Notes under the pieces: generated by a model | The model's database searches: none | Told to the model about the DNA's origin: nothing | The model's input: only the letters and a program-made list of their open reading frames with translations | Part shown: positions 39,605 through 49,889 of the stretch, piece after piece | Layout of the letters: each line of letters starts with the position of its first letter | Position numbering within the stretch: position 1 is the first letter of the stretch | Assembly (NCBI GenBank): GCA_965224085.1 | Contig: CBDCYI010000004.1 | Coordinates: 576,001 to 640,000, forward strand | Length of the DNA stretch: 64,000 nt | Direction: 5' to 3' | From: Candidatus Marinacidobacterales bacterium | Lineage (GTDB): Bacteria; Acidobacteriota; Vicinamibacteria; Marinacidobacterales; SMYC01 | Position numbers and translations under genes: made by a program

Positions 39605-41803
39605 TTAGAGCTCGCGCGTTTCTTGAAGCAGCTCCATAGAGCGGATCTTCCACGTGTTCGCGGTAGGCACGATCGTGATCGTCGCGTCGTAGCGATTCTG
39701 TCGAAAGTGAAGGTGGCCGAAGTGGTTCACGGAGCCCCCCACGGTCCATACCGCGTCGATCGCGTAGCCGCCATTTTCCGCTTCTTTGACCGAGCGCACC
39801 TCCCGTACCACGACTTCGTCGATCCGTACGCGGGCGCCGCCGCTATTCTCGAGCTCGAGAGCGCGCCGGCTCTCGAGATACACAGCTAAAAGCTGCTCGC
39901 CGGTCACCGTCAACGCCAGGCGATTGTAGATCGCGTCCTCGTTGTGTATGTCGAAACAACGATACACGTTTGTGAGCAGGCGCTCGAGCACTTCGCTCGA
40001 GGCCTCGCGATCGATTCGAACCTCACCGATCCAAGGCACCGTGGCTTCGACGCGCGCGAAAGGATAGAGTCCATAGGCCACTACGAGACACAATGACGCC
40101 AAGGATCGCCCCCGACCGAGGGAAAGCGTCACGAGCGCCACGCCAGCGAGCAGAAGCGATACGAACGGCCATTCCGGACGCGTCGCGGCGATAGCTTCGA
40201 TCTCGGGAAGCTCGAAATCCCCGAGCCGGTTGCTCCACGCGTAGCTCGGCGCGTTTGGGCTCAGCTCGGACGCCTCGACGGCCAACGGATCGGTGACGGT
40301 GAGCGGCACCGCGGAACCGGCCGCCGAGAACAGACCCCACTCGAGCGAGACCGACTCCGCGATGGACTCGGTCTCGTAGACGAGAGTTACGCCAACGATC
40401 GCGGTCGGGAGCGGTTCGGGCACGGGAGTCCCCCGAGCGAGGGCTCCGTTCGGGCCGAGCACAACGAAGCCTCCAATTATCGACGCCACTCGCGCCCGAG
40501 CGCCATCGATGTGGATGGGACTGCGCTCGACAATGAGCCTGGCGAGCTCGTCGGTCAAAACGCTCTGGCGGTCAACCGGTATTTGGTCCTGCGCGTCCAC
40601 ATCGAAAGTTATCCACTCCAAGGCCGATTTCAAATCCACGAGCACTTCGTGTCGGACTTGGTACGGCTCGACGATGAGATAGCTCATAAAGGGCGACGTC
40701 AGCCGCCCCGACGCATCGGTCTGCCTCGGCGGTGCGGCGATGGTTCTGGGCGGGACAGGCTCCGATCTCGCGAGCTCGTCCATCTCCATGAAGCCCGCGT
40801 CAAAAGCGCTCGCCGGCGCCGCGGTCAGACCTTCCCGCATGATCGCGAAGAGCAAAAACATGGACGCCGTCCCGAGAAACGCCGAGACTCCCACGCGGTA
40901 AGACTCGAGGATCGATCGCCCGACGCGGAAAAGAACGAGCGCGACCGCCACCAAAAGTACGTTCCCGAGGTCGATCCCGCTATTGGTCAAGAAGAGGGCC
41001 GGCACCAAGCGCGACGAGGACAGCCCAGACTGGTTCAGACCGGTCGCTATTCCCAACCCGTGAAGGGCGCCGAGCAACATCGTGGCAGTAACGAGCGCCG
41101 GCATCGAAACGCTCTCTCGGACAAACACGGCGACGAGCAATGCCGCCGCACCTGCCACGAGCGCTTCGCCCGGAGCAAGGGGGAGCCCGCTGACACCGAC
41201 ATCGGACAGGACGAGCGCGACCGCATGCCCGGCAAGCCATCCACCGAGCGCCCCAAATAACGTACGCGCGGATCTCGACGCCACGAGCACGAGCGCAAGA
41301 GCGAAGACCCAGTGGTTGGATCCACCCCACGCGTGCCTCCACCCGGAGAGCCCGTGCTCGGCCGCGAGCTCGGTGAGGCTCTCGTCGCGCTCCAGGATCC
41401 GATCCAGCCGGATCACGACACCTATATGTTCGCGGCCGAAAAGGGTTCTTTTGACTTGGCCATCGGACCACGTGGCCGTCATCTGGATACCATCGACCGA
41501 CCATGGCAGAACGAGAACGTCATCGGGTCGAAGCGGCGCGTCGCCGCAATCGATGGCAAAGCTCAATTGAACGCCTCTGTCGTTCGCAACCCTCGAGGCG
41601 TCAGAAACGGAGCAGCGATCGGGAGCCATCAGAGGCCGCGCACCCGGTACCAGAACGGGCGCCATTTGCGCTTCGAGCACATACTTCCCTGCCGACTCCT
41701 CACGAAGCGCGACCGCCGGGACGGCCATCGAGTCCGCCCGAACGCTCTTGGTCGCGAGCACGGCGAGCACGAGTGTGCTTGCTAGCCTCGGCTCACTCCG
41801 CAT
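39605..41803 (-). CDS. Large HupE/UreJ-domain membrane protein with C-terminal soluble domain
   Basis: GWRHAWGG.NH, GHAVAL and GALHGLG motifs; C-terminal W.V.GSVNHFGHLHFRQNRY. Confidence 0.75.
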   Translation of the reverse strand: MRSEPRLASTLVLAVLATKSVRADSMAVPAVALREESAGKYVLEAQMAPVLVPGARPLMAPDRCSVSDASRVANDRGVQLSFAIDCGDAPLRPDDVLVLPWSVDGIQMTATWSDGQVKRTLFGREHIGVVIRLDRILERDESLTELAAEHGLSGWRHAWGGSNHWVFALALVLVASRSARTLFGALGGWLAGHAVALVLSDVGVSGLPLAPGEALVAGAAALLVAVFVRESVSMPALVTATMLLGALHGLGIATGLNQSGLSSSRLVPALFLTNSGIDLGNVLLVAVALVLFRVGRSILESYRVGVSAFLGTASMFLLFAIMREGLTAAPASAFDAGFMEMDELARSEPVPPRTIAAPPRQTDASGRLTSPFMSYLIVEPYQVRHEVLVDLKSALEWITFDVDAQDQIPVDRQSVLTDELARLIVERSPIHIDGARARVASIIGGFVVLGPNGALARGTPVPEPLPTAIVGVTLVYETESIAESVSLEWGLFSAAGSAVPLTVTDPLAVEASELSPNAPSYAWSNRLGDFELPEIEAIAATRPEWPFVSLLLAGVALVTLSLGRGRSLASLCLVVAYGLYPFARVEATVPWIGEVRIDREASSEVLERLLTNVYRCFDIHNEDAIYNRLALTVTGEQLLAVYLESRRALELENSGGARVRIDEVVVREVRSVKEAENGGYAIDAVWTVGGSVNHFGHLHFRQNRYDATITIVPTANTWKIRSMELLQETREL

Positions 41804-42635
41804 CTTCCATCTCAGGCATCTCAGGCATCTCCACACGGTAGCGTTTGCCGATGCGCGCGATCTCCTGGGTCACGACGCGCTCAGCGTCGAACAATGCGTA
41901 ATCCTCACGAACATATTCCGCGGCGTCGTCGTAGCTCCGTTCCTGGGTTTCTGACCGGGCCACAATCCGGATGAAATGCGTTCCCGCGGTCGACGAAAGC
42001 GGCCCATGCCAGTCCCCCTTCGGGAGGGCGAACACCGCGTTCGTAAAATCGAGCCCATAGGCCCTAGCCATCTGGGCGCGGGTCACACCCGTAACGCTCG
42101 CGTTCAGTCTTCCGCCGTCGCCCATCATCTTGAAGTCCGCCCCCTCAAAAAGCTCCTCGAGCACCGCGTCGGGAGAAAGCCGCTCGTTGCCCGAGAGAAA
42201 CAGGACTTGCTCCACGTCGATGCGTTCTGGAATCCGGTATCTCTCCCAATGCTCGTCGTAATAGGCGCGCAGCATCTCCTCCGTCGGTTCGGAGGGCTCG
42301 TAACTCGCCGCGCGAAGAAGCTCGCGCCGCGCATGCTCGACGAGCATCGGCCGGACACGTCGGTCGCCACGATCGAGCCCCTTCCGGAAGGCTTCTCTCA
42401 CGAGGATTTCCTCATCCACGAAGTCGGCGACCGCCAAGTCTATTTCCCCGGGCGTCAAAGGCCGGCCGACAAGCTCCTCTGCAGCCTCAGCGATATCACC
42501 GGTCATCCGCACCGTGACTTCTATCTCGCGACCGCCGTCGAGTGCCCAGCGATGATAGACGCCGTAGCAGATGGCAGCGACGGCCAAGAGCTTGACGCCC
42601 ATGTGGCAGGCGTCACAGAGCGCCAGCCGGTCCAT
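41793..42635 (-). CDS. PpiC/parvulin-like peptidyl-prolyl isomerase
   Basis: EEILVREAFRKGLD and W.GPLSSTAGTHFI motifs. Confidence 0.78.
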   Translation of the reverse strand: MDRLALCDACHMGVKLLAVAAICYGVYHRWALDGGREIEVTVRMTGDIAEAAEELVGRPLTPGEIDLAVADFVDEEILVREAFRKGLDRGDRRVRPMLVEHARRELLRAASYEPSEPTEEMLRAYYDEHWERYRIPERIDVEQVLFLSGNERLSPDAVLEELFEGADFKMMGDGGRLNASVTGVTRAQMARAYGLDFTNAVFALPKGDWHGPLSSTAGTHFIRIVARSETQERSYDDAAEYVREDYALFDAERVVTQEIARIGKRYRVEMPEMPEMEDAE

Positions 42636-43453
42636 CAGTGTGTCTCCACGTGAATGACGTAGTCTTCGCGCATCCGCTCCATCTTTCTCTCATAGATCTC
42701 GGCCCGTCGCGTGTTGTCCCAATCGAGGCGCACGTGGGGCTCCGCGACCTCGAACGGTGGCAGCTCGGGATCATGCCGGGTCTCGACGCGAACGTAGTGA
42801 AGCCCCCGATTCGACGCAATCGGGCCCGACCACGAGCCAGGCGAGAGAGCGAAGACGCTCGCGGCGAAGCTCTCCCCGAGCGCCCCAGCGAGTCGCGTCT
42901 CCGTCATACGCAAAAACTTGGCGCCCAGCCAAAACGGATCGCCCATGTCGCGAAAGTCGCGCCCTTCACGAAGGGACGCGAGCACTCGCTGAGGGTCGTG
43001 GGACGAGTCCACTTCGAAGAAGACATGCGCCATGGTCACCGATGGCGGGACGCGGTAGCGGTCCGCGGTCGCTCGAAAGAAAGCGCGTAGCTGCGCGAGC
43101 GAAGGTTCGGGCACGTCTTCGTTCAGCGCGGTGCGCATGGCCAGAACGAGACGCTGGCGGACCCTTCCATTCTCCAGATGCCACCCGTTTCGATGAGCCT
43201 CCCGAACGAGCATCTCGTCACGTAGGTAGTCCGCGATCGCCTGATCGCGCTCCTCGGACGTGAGCTCGCGACCCTCGAGGTTTGTGCGGCGCTCGATCAC
43301 GCTGTCGCGTGTCCGCGCATCGATCACGATGATCTCTTTGTTGGACGCGAGATGAGGCGAGAGCACGAGGAACGCGAGCCCGCCGACGATCGAGAAGCTC
43401 AGAAAAGGCTCACGCCGCCAAAACGTCGTCCACGTGACTCGAAGCCCTCGCAT
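42635..43453 (-). CDS. PpiC/parvulin-like peptidyl-prolyl isomerase (paralog)
   Basis: REPFL.F, DEMLVREA and WSGPIASNRGLHYV motifs. Confidence 0.8.
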   Translation of the reverse strand: MRGLRVTWTTFWRREPFLSFSIVGGLAFLVLSPHLASNKEIIVIDARTRDSVIERRTNLEGRELTSEERDQAIADYLRDEMLVREAHRNGWHLENGRVRQRLVLAMRTALNEDVPEPSLAQLRAFFRATADRYRVPPSVTMAHVFFEVDSSHDPQRVLASLREGRDFRDMGDPFWLGAKFLRMTETRLAGALGESFAASVFALSPGSWSGPIASNRGLHYVRVETRHDPELPPFEVAEPHVRLDWDNTRRAEIYERKMERMREDYVIHVETH

Positions 43454-43658
43454 GGCTTACCGTAAGCCGTTTCGCGATCCGAACGCGATCGAGATGAAGA
43501 TGTAGAAACGCTCACAGCAAGATTTTGCCGAGTCAAAACCTCCGTCGGAGAGCTGAGTAAGCACCGACCTGCCGCACGCTTTGCTCGATTCGAGGGTCGA
43601 TTCTGCGCGTCGCATATCGCGGTACTATCACGCCACCGACGACTCTACAATAGGCGCC

Positions 43659-44450
43659 GTGGCGATTCGTTTTCTCATCGTGGATGCACTGAACTTGATA
43701 CGCCGGGTCCACGCTGCGACACCGGAAGACAAGGAGCCGCAGCATATGGAAGCCGCCAGGAACGCGACCGTCCAATCGCTGAAGCGAGCGCTCGGCCACG
43801 CGCGCCCGACACACGTGGTCGCGGTCTTCGACGGTGAGGGCCCGACGTGGCGCGACAAGCTCTACGCAGACTACAAAGCAGGCAGGAAACCCATGCCCGA
43901 AGCGCTACGGGCCGCGCTCTCGAGCTACCGGGAATCTTTTTCTGAGCTCGGCGTCGTCTCCGTCAGCAAGCCCGCCCTCGAAGCGGACGACGTCGTGGCG
44001 ACCCTTGCCACGAAAGCGGCGGAGCACGAAAGCGACGCCGTCATCCTATCGACCGACAACGCCTATTGTCAGCTCATCTCGAATCACATCGCGCTGCGTG
44101 ATCATTTCCAGAAGCAAGACCGCGACCGCGGCTACGTGCAGAAGAAATTCGACGTGCCGCCAGAGCAGCTCGTGGATCTCTGGGCCCTCGCGGGAAGTGG
44201 CTCTACGCATATCCCGGGGGTGCCCGGGATCGGGTTAAAGACCGCGGCCAAGCTCCTCCACGCACACGGGAGCCTCTTGCAAGTCCTCGAGGCCGCGGCG
44301 AACATGAGCGGAAAGCTCGGGAACACTCTTCGCGAGCACAGCGACAGAGCCCGCATGTCGAGAGAGCTTTCCCAACTTCAGCAAAACCTCGAGCTTGGGT
44401 GGAACCTCAAAGAGTTCAAGCTGATCCCGCCAACCCGCGCCGATGGTTAG
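43659..44450 (+). CDS. xni: Flap endonuclease Xni (5'-3' exonuclease family)
   Basis: IVDALNLIRR, YKAGR, EADD, LSTD and IPGVPGIG.KTA motifs. Confidence 0.85.
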   Translation: MAIRFLIVDALNLIRRVHAATPEDKEPQHMEAARNATVQSLKRALGHARPTHVVAVFDGEGPTWRDKLYADYKAGRKPMPEALRAALSSYRESFSELGVVSVSKPALEADDVVATLATKAAEHESDAVILSTDNAYCQLISNHIALRDHFQKQDRDRGYVQKKFDVPPEQLVDLWALAGSGSTHIPGVPGIGLKTAAKLLHAHGSLLQVLEAAANMSGKLGNTLREHSDRARMSRELSQLQQNLELGWNLKEFKLIPPTRADG

Positions 44451-44460
44451 AGGCCCGGCA

Positions 44461-46383
44461 TCACGCCATCCAGTCATACGCGTCGCAGCGTTCGAAATAT
44501 TCTTCGGGGATGCGCTCGATGAAGCGTGACGGCATCGGCCAAGAATAGCGCGATCGCGCGGTGTCCCGAGGCCAGACGACGTAAAGCAATTCCTTCGCAC
44601 GCGTGACGGCAACGTAGAGAAGACGGAGCTCTTCGTCGAGCGCCTCCTCGTCCTCCGCCTCCTCGTTGAAGCCCGAGATCATCGGGATGAAGCCGTCTTG
44701 CGCCTGGATGACGAAAACGGCCTTCCACTCGAGGCCCTTAGCGGAGTGCATCGTCGAGAGCACGAGCTCGAAGCGGGGCGCTTTGGACGCGAGCCCCTGG
44801 CCGCGGGCGGCGGTCGTGGGCTCAAGCGTCAGGTCCGTGAGCATGGACGGCAAGCTGCGATAGCGCTCCACGAGCCCTACGAGTGTCTCGAGGTCGCGTT
44901 TGCGACGCGGCCAGTCGTCGTAACGCGTTTTGATCAGCGGGTCGAACGCGTCGACAGCCGCTTCGAGACAGCGCGGCGGAGCCTCGCGGAGCGGCTCGAG
45001 CGATTCGAGGAACGAGGCCAGTTCATCGAGGCTCGCCCGCACTTTGCCTCGCGCTTTGTAGTTTCTCAAGCTCTTCACGAGAGACAGTCCCCGCACGGCG
45101 CCCAAGATTTGCTTGGCGCCTTTTTTGCCGATGCCGTCCCGCATCAGCAGGACGCGCGACAAGGACAAGTCATCCATGGGATGCTCGACGAGCTTCAAAT
45201 GAGCGAGCACGTCTTTGATATGCGCCGATTCCATGAAGCGGAACCCGCCATATTTCACATAAGGGATATCGTGTCCACCGAGCTCGACCTCGAGCGCGAA
45301 AGCATGGCGGCTCGCGCGGAACAAGACGGCGATCTCGGAAAGCGGCACGCCTTGCTCACGCAGCCGCCCGATTTCCTCCGCTACGAAGACGGCTTGCTCC
45401 TGCTCGTTCGAGCACTCAACGAGTAGAGGGCGGGAACCTTTGGCCCGCTCCGTGAACAGACGTTTCTGAAACGCTTCGGACATTTGAACCATCAGCGCGT
45501 TGGCGACGTCGAGCACGGGCTGCGTGCTGCGGTAGTTCTCTTCAAGCGTCACGAGCTCTGCGTCGGGAAAGCTTTCTTTGAAATCAAAGAGATTCCGGTG
45601 ATTGGCGCCTCGAAAAGCGTAGATGCTCTGCGCATCGTCACCGACCACCATGAGGTTTCGGGATTCGCCCGCAAGCAGATGGGTAATGCGTGCCTGCAGG
45701 ACGTTCGTGTCTTGATATTCGTCCACCATGACGTAGCGACAACGATGGTGGACGCGCGCGCGCGCCTCGTCACTTTGCTCGAGCAAGCGGATCAGCAAAA
45801 CGAGCAAGTTGTCGAAATCAACGAGGTTGTGCTCGCTCTTGTACTTTTCGTAGCGGCCCGCGGCGATGCCGAAATAATCCGTGATGTTGAAGAACTGAGG
45901 ATACTCGTGAGCGACGATGTCCTCGATGGGGGCCTGTTGGTTGATCGCTTTGCTGATGATGGCCGCGATCGTCTCCCGCCGCGGAAGATCGAGGCTCTCA
46001 TCGGTCGATTTGAGCTCTGTGCGGATGCCGCTCAGGATCTCCAAGACGTCCGATTGGTCGAGAATCGTAAAATCCGGCGGGAGGTCGATGTCGCGGCCAT
46101 AGCGCCGGAGCGTTAGGTTCGCAAAGGAGTGGAACGTCCCAGCTCCTACGGGCTCCCGCTCACCGCCGAGAATCTTCGCGGCGCGCGCCACCATCTCCTG
46201 TGCGGCGCGCCGCGTGAACGTCAGAAGAAGGATCGACTCGGGGACCACACCCGACTCGACGAGCTTTATGAGGCGATGGACGAGCGTGTGCGTCTTCCCT
46301 GTCCCCGCCCCCGCAATGACGAGGACCGGTCCTTCGAGAATCTCGGCCGCCCGGCGCTGCGCCGGATTGAGTGAGGCGCTCAT
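44461..46383 (-). CDS. UvrD/Rep-family ATP-dependent helicase
   Basis: AGAGTGKT, VDEYQD, GDDAQSIY, ENYRST, STMHSAKGLE and YVAVTRA motifs. Confidence 0.93.
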   Translation of the reverse strand: MSASLNPAQRRAAEILEGPVLVIAGAGTGKTHTLVHRLIKLVESGVVPESILLLTFTRRAAQEMVARAAKILGGEREPVGAGTFHSFANLTLRRYGRDIDLPPDFTILDQSDVLEILSGIRTELKSTDESLDLPRRETIAAIISKAINQQAPIEDIVAHEYPQFFNITDYFGIAAGRYEKYKSEHNLVDFDNLLVLLIRLLEQSDEARARVHHRCRYVMVDEYQDTNVLQARITHLLAGESRNLMVVGDDAQSIYAFRGANHRNLFDFKESFPDAELVTLEENYRSTQPVLDVANALMVQMSEAFQKRLFTERAKGSRPLLVECSNEQEQAVFVAEEIGRLREQGVPLSEIAVLFRASRHAFALEVELGGHDIPYVKYGGFRFMESAHIKDVLAHLKLVEHPMDDLSLSRVLLMRDGIGKKGAKQILGAVRGLSLVKSLRNYKARGKVRASLDELASFLESLEPLREAPPRCLEAAVDAFDPLIKTRYDDWPRRKRDLETLVGLVERYRSLPSMLTDLTLEPTTAARGQGLASKAPRFELVLSTMHSAKGLEWKAVFVIQAQDGFIPMISGFNEEAEDEEALDEELRLLYVAVTRAKELLYVVWPRDTARSRYSWPMPSRFIERIPEEYFERCDAYDWMA

Positions 46384-46421
46384 GCGAGGAAAACGCTATC
46401 ACGAAGCAACGTCCCGGGCCT

Positions 46422-46517
46422 GTGTTCACCCTCGTGGCCGTCATGCTTGCCGCGATTGGGATCTACGGCGTGCTCGCCTACACCGTCGGCCAGCGCAGAT
46501 AGGAGATCGGCGTCCGC
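46422..46517 (+). pseudogene. ADOP/MacB-type ABC permease relic
   Basis: Reads VFTLVAVMLAAIGIYGVLAYTVGQRR*EIGVR with an in-frame TAG at 46500. Confidence 0.7.
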
Positions 46518-46519
46518 CC

Positions 46520-47032
46520 GGCTGCCGTGCAAGCTTCGCTACCAGCGGCGGGACTTTGGGGGCGTGGTCTTCCGGCCAGCCCGGCTGCGGTACCAAGTCG
46601 TCGAAGAAATAGCTCCCGCCGAGGTTGACGAGCGCCAGCGTCTGTTCCAGCTGCGAGAACTTCCCGGCCCCGGCGTCAGCATAGACCACGTCATAGCTCG
46701 CTCGTACGCGTCAAGAAACTAGCCAGCGTCCTCAGAGTGAAATGTAATGCGTGCATCGCCGCCCAAGTGACGGCGCGCGATCGCCTGGACCGCGGGGTCG
46801 CGATCGACGCTATCGAGAGTGGATGTCGCGTCCATCCCATCGAGATGCCAAGCCGTCCCCAGGCCGGTACCGGTGCCGAGCTCCAAGAGTCGGCCTCCCG
46901 GCTTCAGCGCGGCGAGCGTTCTTAGAAACGATCCCGTCCTCGGCTCCGACGTCATGGTGAAACCCATCCGCTCCGCATCGCGGAGGATCGCATCGACGAC
47001 AGGGGGGGTGCGGGAACGTCAAAATCGAGCAT
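46520..47032 (-). pseudogene. Class I SAM O-methyltransferase, disrupted
   Basis: LELGTGTG motif; in-frame TAG at 46719; frameshifts; C-terminus truncated against the ADOP relic. Confidence 0.72.
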
Positions 47033-47035
47033 CGG

Positions 47036-49381
47036 CTAGGACGCTTTTTCGCTGCGACACGCCTCTGGGATCGCCGCGCGGAGCACGTCTTCGATATGGT
47101 CGACGAAAATGAACTCTGTCTCCGACCGCACGTCGTCCGGAAGGTCGTGTAGATTCGCTTCGTTCTGACGCGGAAGAATGATGCGGTTGAACTCTGCACG
47201 CCTCGCGGCGAGCACTTTTTCTTTGACGCCCCCGATCGGAAGCACGAGTCCCGTGATCGTGATCTCGCCGGTCATGGCCGTACCGTTGCGCATCGGCTTG
47301 CCGCAATAGAGCGATGCAAGAGCGGTCGCCATCGTGATGCCGGCGGACGGCCCGTCCTTGGGAATCGCCCCCGCGGGCACGTGGATGTGCACACCTTCTT
47401 TGCGAAATCGCTCCGCGTCGATGCCGAAATCGTCGGCGTGCGACCAGAGGTAGCTTTGCGCAGCGCGCGCGGATTCCTGCATGACGTCGCCGAGCTGCCC
47501 GGTCATCGTGAGGCCGCTCCCGCCACGAAGTAGCGTCGACTCGATATAGAGCACGTCGCCGCCCGACGGCGTCCAGGCCAGCCCGGCGGCTACACCCGGG
47601 GGCATGTCCTTGCGCGCTTTTTCGAGATGGAAGCGCTCGGGTCCGAGCATCTCGGTCAGGTCGTCGGGCGAGACTTTCACGGCCTCCGTCGAGCCTTCGG
47701 CAAACCCGACAGCCACTCTGCGCATCACGCGGCCGATGACACGCTCGAGCTGCCTCAGCCCTGCCTCGCGCGTGTAGCGGCGGATGATACGCTCGCGGGT
47801 CTCGTCCAGCAGCTCGCACTGATCCGCGCGGACGCCGCTTTGCTCGAGCTGGCGCGGCACGAGGTATTTCTTCGCGATGGCGAGCTTTTCCTCCTCGCTA
47901 TAGCCGGTCAAGCTCAGAACCTCCATACGATCCAGAAGCGGCTGCGGGATGGTATCGAGTGAGTTCGCGGTCGTAATGAAGAACACGCTCGAGAGGTCGA
48001 ACGGCATGTCGAGATAGTTGTCTCGGAACGTGTCGTTTTGCTCAGGGTCGAGGATCTCGAGCATCGCCGAGGCTGGGTCGCCTCGAAAGTCGCGGCCGAG
48101 CTTGTCGATCTCGTCGAGCATGAGCACGGGGTTATTGACCTTGGCGCGCCTCAGGGACTGGAGGATCCGCCCCGGCAAAGCACCGATATAGGTTCGGCGA
48201 TGGCCCCGAAGCTCGGCCTCATCGTGAAGCCCGCCGAGGCTCATGCGCTGGAACTCGCGGTTCTGCGCTCGCGCGATGGATTTACCAAGCGAAGTCTTCC
48301 CTACGCCGGGCGGTCCGACGAAGAGCAAGATGGGCGCTTTCGCGGCGGGGTTCAGCTTGAGGACCGCGAGGTGCTCCAATATACGACTTTTGATCTCGTC
48401 GAGGCCCAAGTGGTCTTCGTCGAGCACTTTTCGTGCGTGTGCGAGATCGAGCACCGCCTCTGAGCTTTGCTTCCAAGGCAGCTCGAGGATGACTTCGAGA
48501 TAGTTCCGGACAACGTTGGTCTCCGGGGACGCTTGCGGGAGCCGCGTGAGACGTTTCAGCTCACGTTCCGCTTCTTTACGGACCCCCTCTGGGAGAGCCG
48601 CGTTGTCGAAACGCTCTCGAAGAAGCTCCGTTTCCGCGCCCGCCTCGTCGGTCTCGCCGAGCTCCTCCTGGATAGCGCGCATCTGTTGCCGCAACAGCAT
48701 CTCACGCTGCTGTTTCGTCATCTCGCTCTGCACCTTGCTCGCGATGTTCTGCCGGAGCTCGAGCACGTGCACTTCGTGCTGGAGATAGCCGTGCATCAGC
48801 CGAAGGCCTTCCGTGAACTCATTGGCAGCGAGGAGCTCCTGCGCTTTTTGATGTTCGAGCCCCATCAGAGAGGCTAGAATGTAGAGCCAACGCAAGCGGT
48901 CTTCTTCGCTTCCGGCGAGCTGAGAGATGTCGATCTCGGTCTGCGGCCGTGCGAGCGACAGAACTTTCGCGCCCAAATCTTTCACTTCTCGTTCTAGAGC
49001 CTCGACATCGGCGCTGCTATCGAGCGCCACTGGAGCCGGCCCGTACTTGGCGGTGATGAACGGTGTGGCCTGTTCGAGCTCCCCGATACCAACCCGCAAC
49101 GTTCCTTGGACGAAGACTTGAACGCCTCCCGTTGGCAGCGGAACCAGCCTTCGGATGACGGCTTTCGTGCCGACCTCGAAGAGCTCTTCTCGAGACGGTG
49201 CTTGAACCGTGGCGTCCCGTTGTGTCACAACGAGGATCTCTTTTTCTTCCGTCGCCAACGCGGATTCGATCGCTGCAATCGAGATGGGGCGCCCCGCGGT
49301 GAGAGCCATGCCCAAATACGGAAAGAGCACCGCGTTTTTCAGCGGGAACAGCGGCAGGGTCAAAATCTCGTCGTCGCTCAC
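47036..49381 (-). CDS. lon: Lon protease
   Basis: GPPGVGKTS, RRTYIGALPG, PKDGPSAG and GGVKEK motifs. Confidence 0.96.
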   Translation of the reverse strand: MSDDEILTLPLFPLKNAVLFPYLGMALTAGRPISIAAIESALATEEKEILVVTQRDATVQAPSREELFEVGTKAVIRRLVPLPTGGVQVFVQGTLRVGIGELEQATPFITAKYGPAPVALDSSADVEALEREVKDLGAKVLSLARPQTEIDISQLAGSEEDRLRWLYILASLMGLEHQKAQELLAANEFTEGLRLMHGYLQHEVHVLELRQNIASKVQSEMTKQQREMLLRQQMRAIQEELGETDEAGAETELLRERFDNAALPEGVRKEAERELKRLTRLPQASPETNVVRNYLEVILELPWKQSSEAVLDLAHARKVLDEDHLGLDEIKSRILEHLAVLKLNPAAKAPILLFVGPPGVGKTSLGKSIARAQNREFQRMSLGGLHDEAELRGHRRTYIGALPGRILQSLRRAKVNNPVLMLDEIDKLGRDFRGDPASAMLEILDPEQNDTFRDNYLDMPFDLSSVFFITTANSLDTIPQPLLDRMEVLSLTGYSEEEKLAIAKKYLVPRQLEQSGVRADQCELLDETRERIIRRYTREAGLRQLERVIGRVMRRVAVGFAEGSTEAVKVSPDDLTEMLGPERFHLEKARKDMPPGVAAGLAWTPSGGDVLYIESTLLRGGSGLTMTGQLGDVMQESARAAQSYLWSHADDFGIDAERFRKEGVHIHVPAGAIPKDGPSAGITMATALASLYCGKPMRNGTAMTGEITITGLVLPIGGVKEKVLAARRAEFNRIILPRQNEANLHDLPDDVRSETEFIFVDHIEDVLRAAIPEACRSEKAS

Positions 49382-49385
49382 GTGG

Positions 49386-49718
49386 TCATTCTCCCGTGTC
49401 GATGGTCACGATCAGCAAGCCGTCCATGTACTCTGTCGTCACAGACGCCCCCTCTGACGTGCACGGCAGCCGCAGGCTTCTCTCGAAACGCGAATAGGAG
49501 ATCTCCATCGAATGGTGGCGGTAGCCGCGCTCGATGAAGGAGTCGCGACGGACACCCACGACGCGAAGGATTGAGCCGTGCACATCGACTTGAATGTCCT
49601 GAGGCTTCACGCCTGCAAGGTCGAATTTCACCACCCAGCCGCCAGGCGTACGGTACACGTCGGCTCGCGGTACGAATTCGAGACCTCCGCCGATTTCTTC
49701 GAACGCGTCGTACTTCAC
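49386..49718 (-). CDS. Hsp20/alpha-crystallin small heat-shock protein
   Basis: PRADVY, DLAGV, F.RSLRLP and Y.DGLL motifs. Confidence 0.88.
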   Translation of the reverse strand: MKYDAFEEIGGGLEFVPRADVYRTPGGWVVKFDLAGVKPQDIQVDVHGSILRVVGVRRDSFIERGYRHHSMEISYSRFERSLRLPCTSEGASVTTEYMDGLLIVTIDTGE

Positions 49719-49889
49719 GCATGGATTCTAGCAAAAAGTACGAGACGTCTGAGCTCGTCACAAAAGCCGCTGGAAGAGGACTCGCAAAAACGCGCGCTGG
49801 AGGTCGAGAAGCGAAGAGACCGCCGCGGCCCGCTTGAGCGCGCTGCCGTTCGCGAAGTAGTGTATAGACTGTGTTGAGGAGACAGAAGC

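Noticed and set aside
41809-41832. 9-bp tandem repeat CATCTCAGG
   Set aside because: About 2.7 copies encoding EMPEMPEM at a PPIase C-terminus; ordinary slippage.
46500-46721. In-frame TAG codons as pyrrolysine or stop-codon readthrough
   Set aside because: Both lie in fragments that are also truncated or frameshifted, and TAG is used as a normal stop elsewhere in the window.
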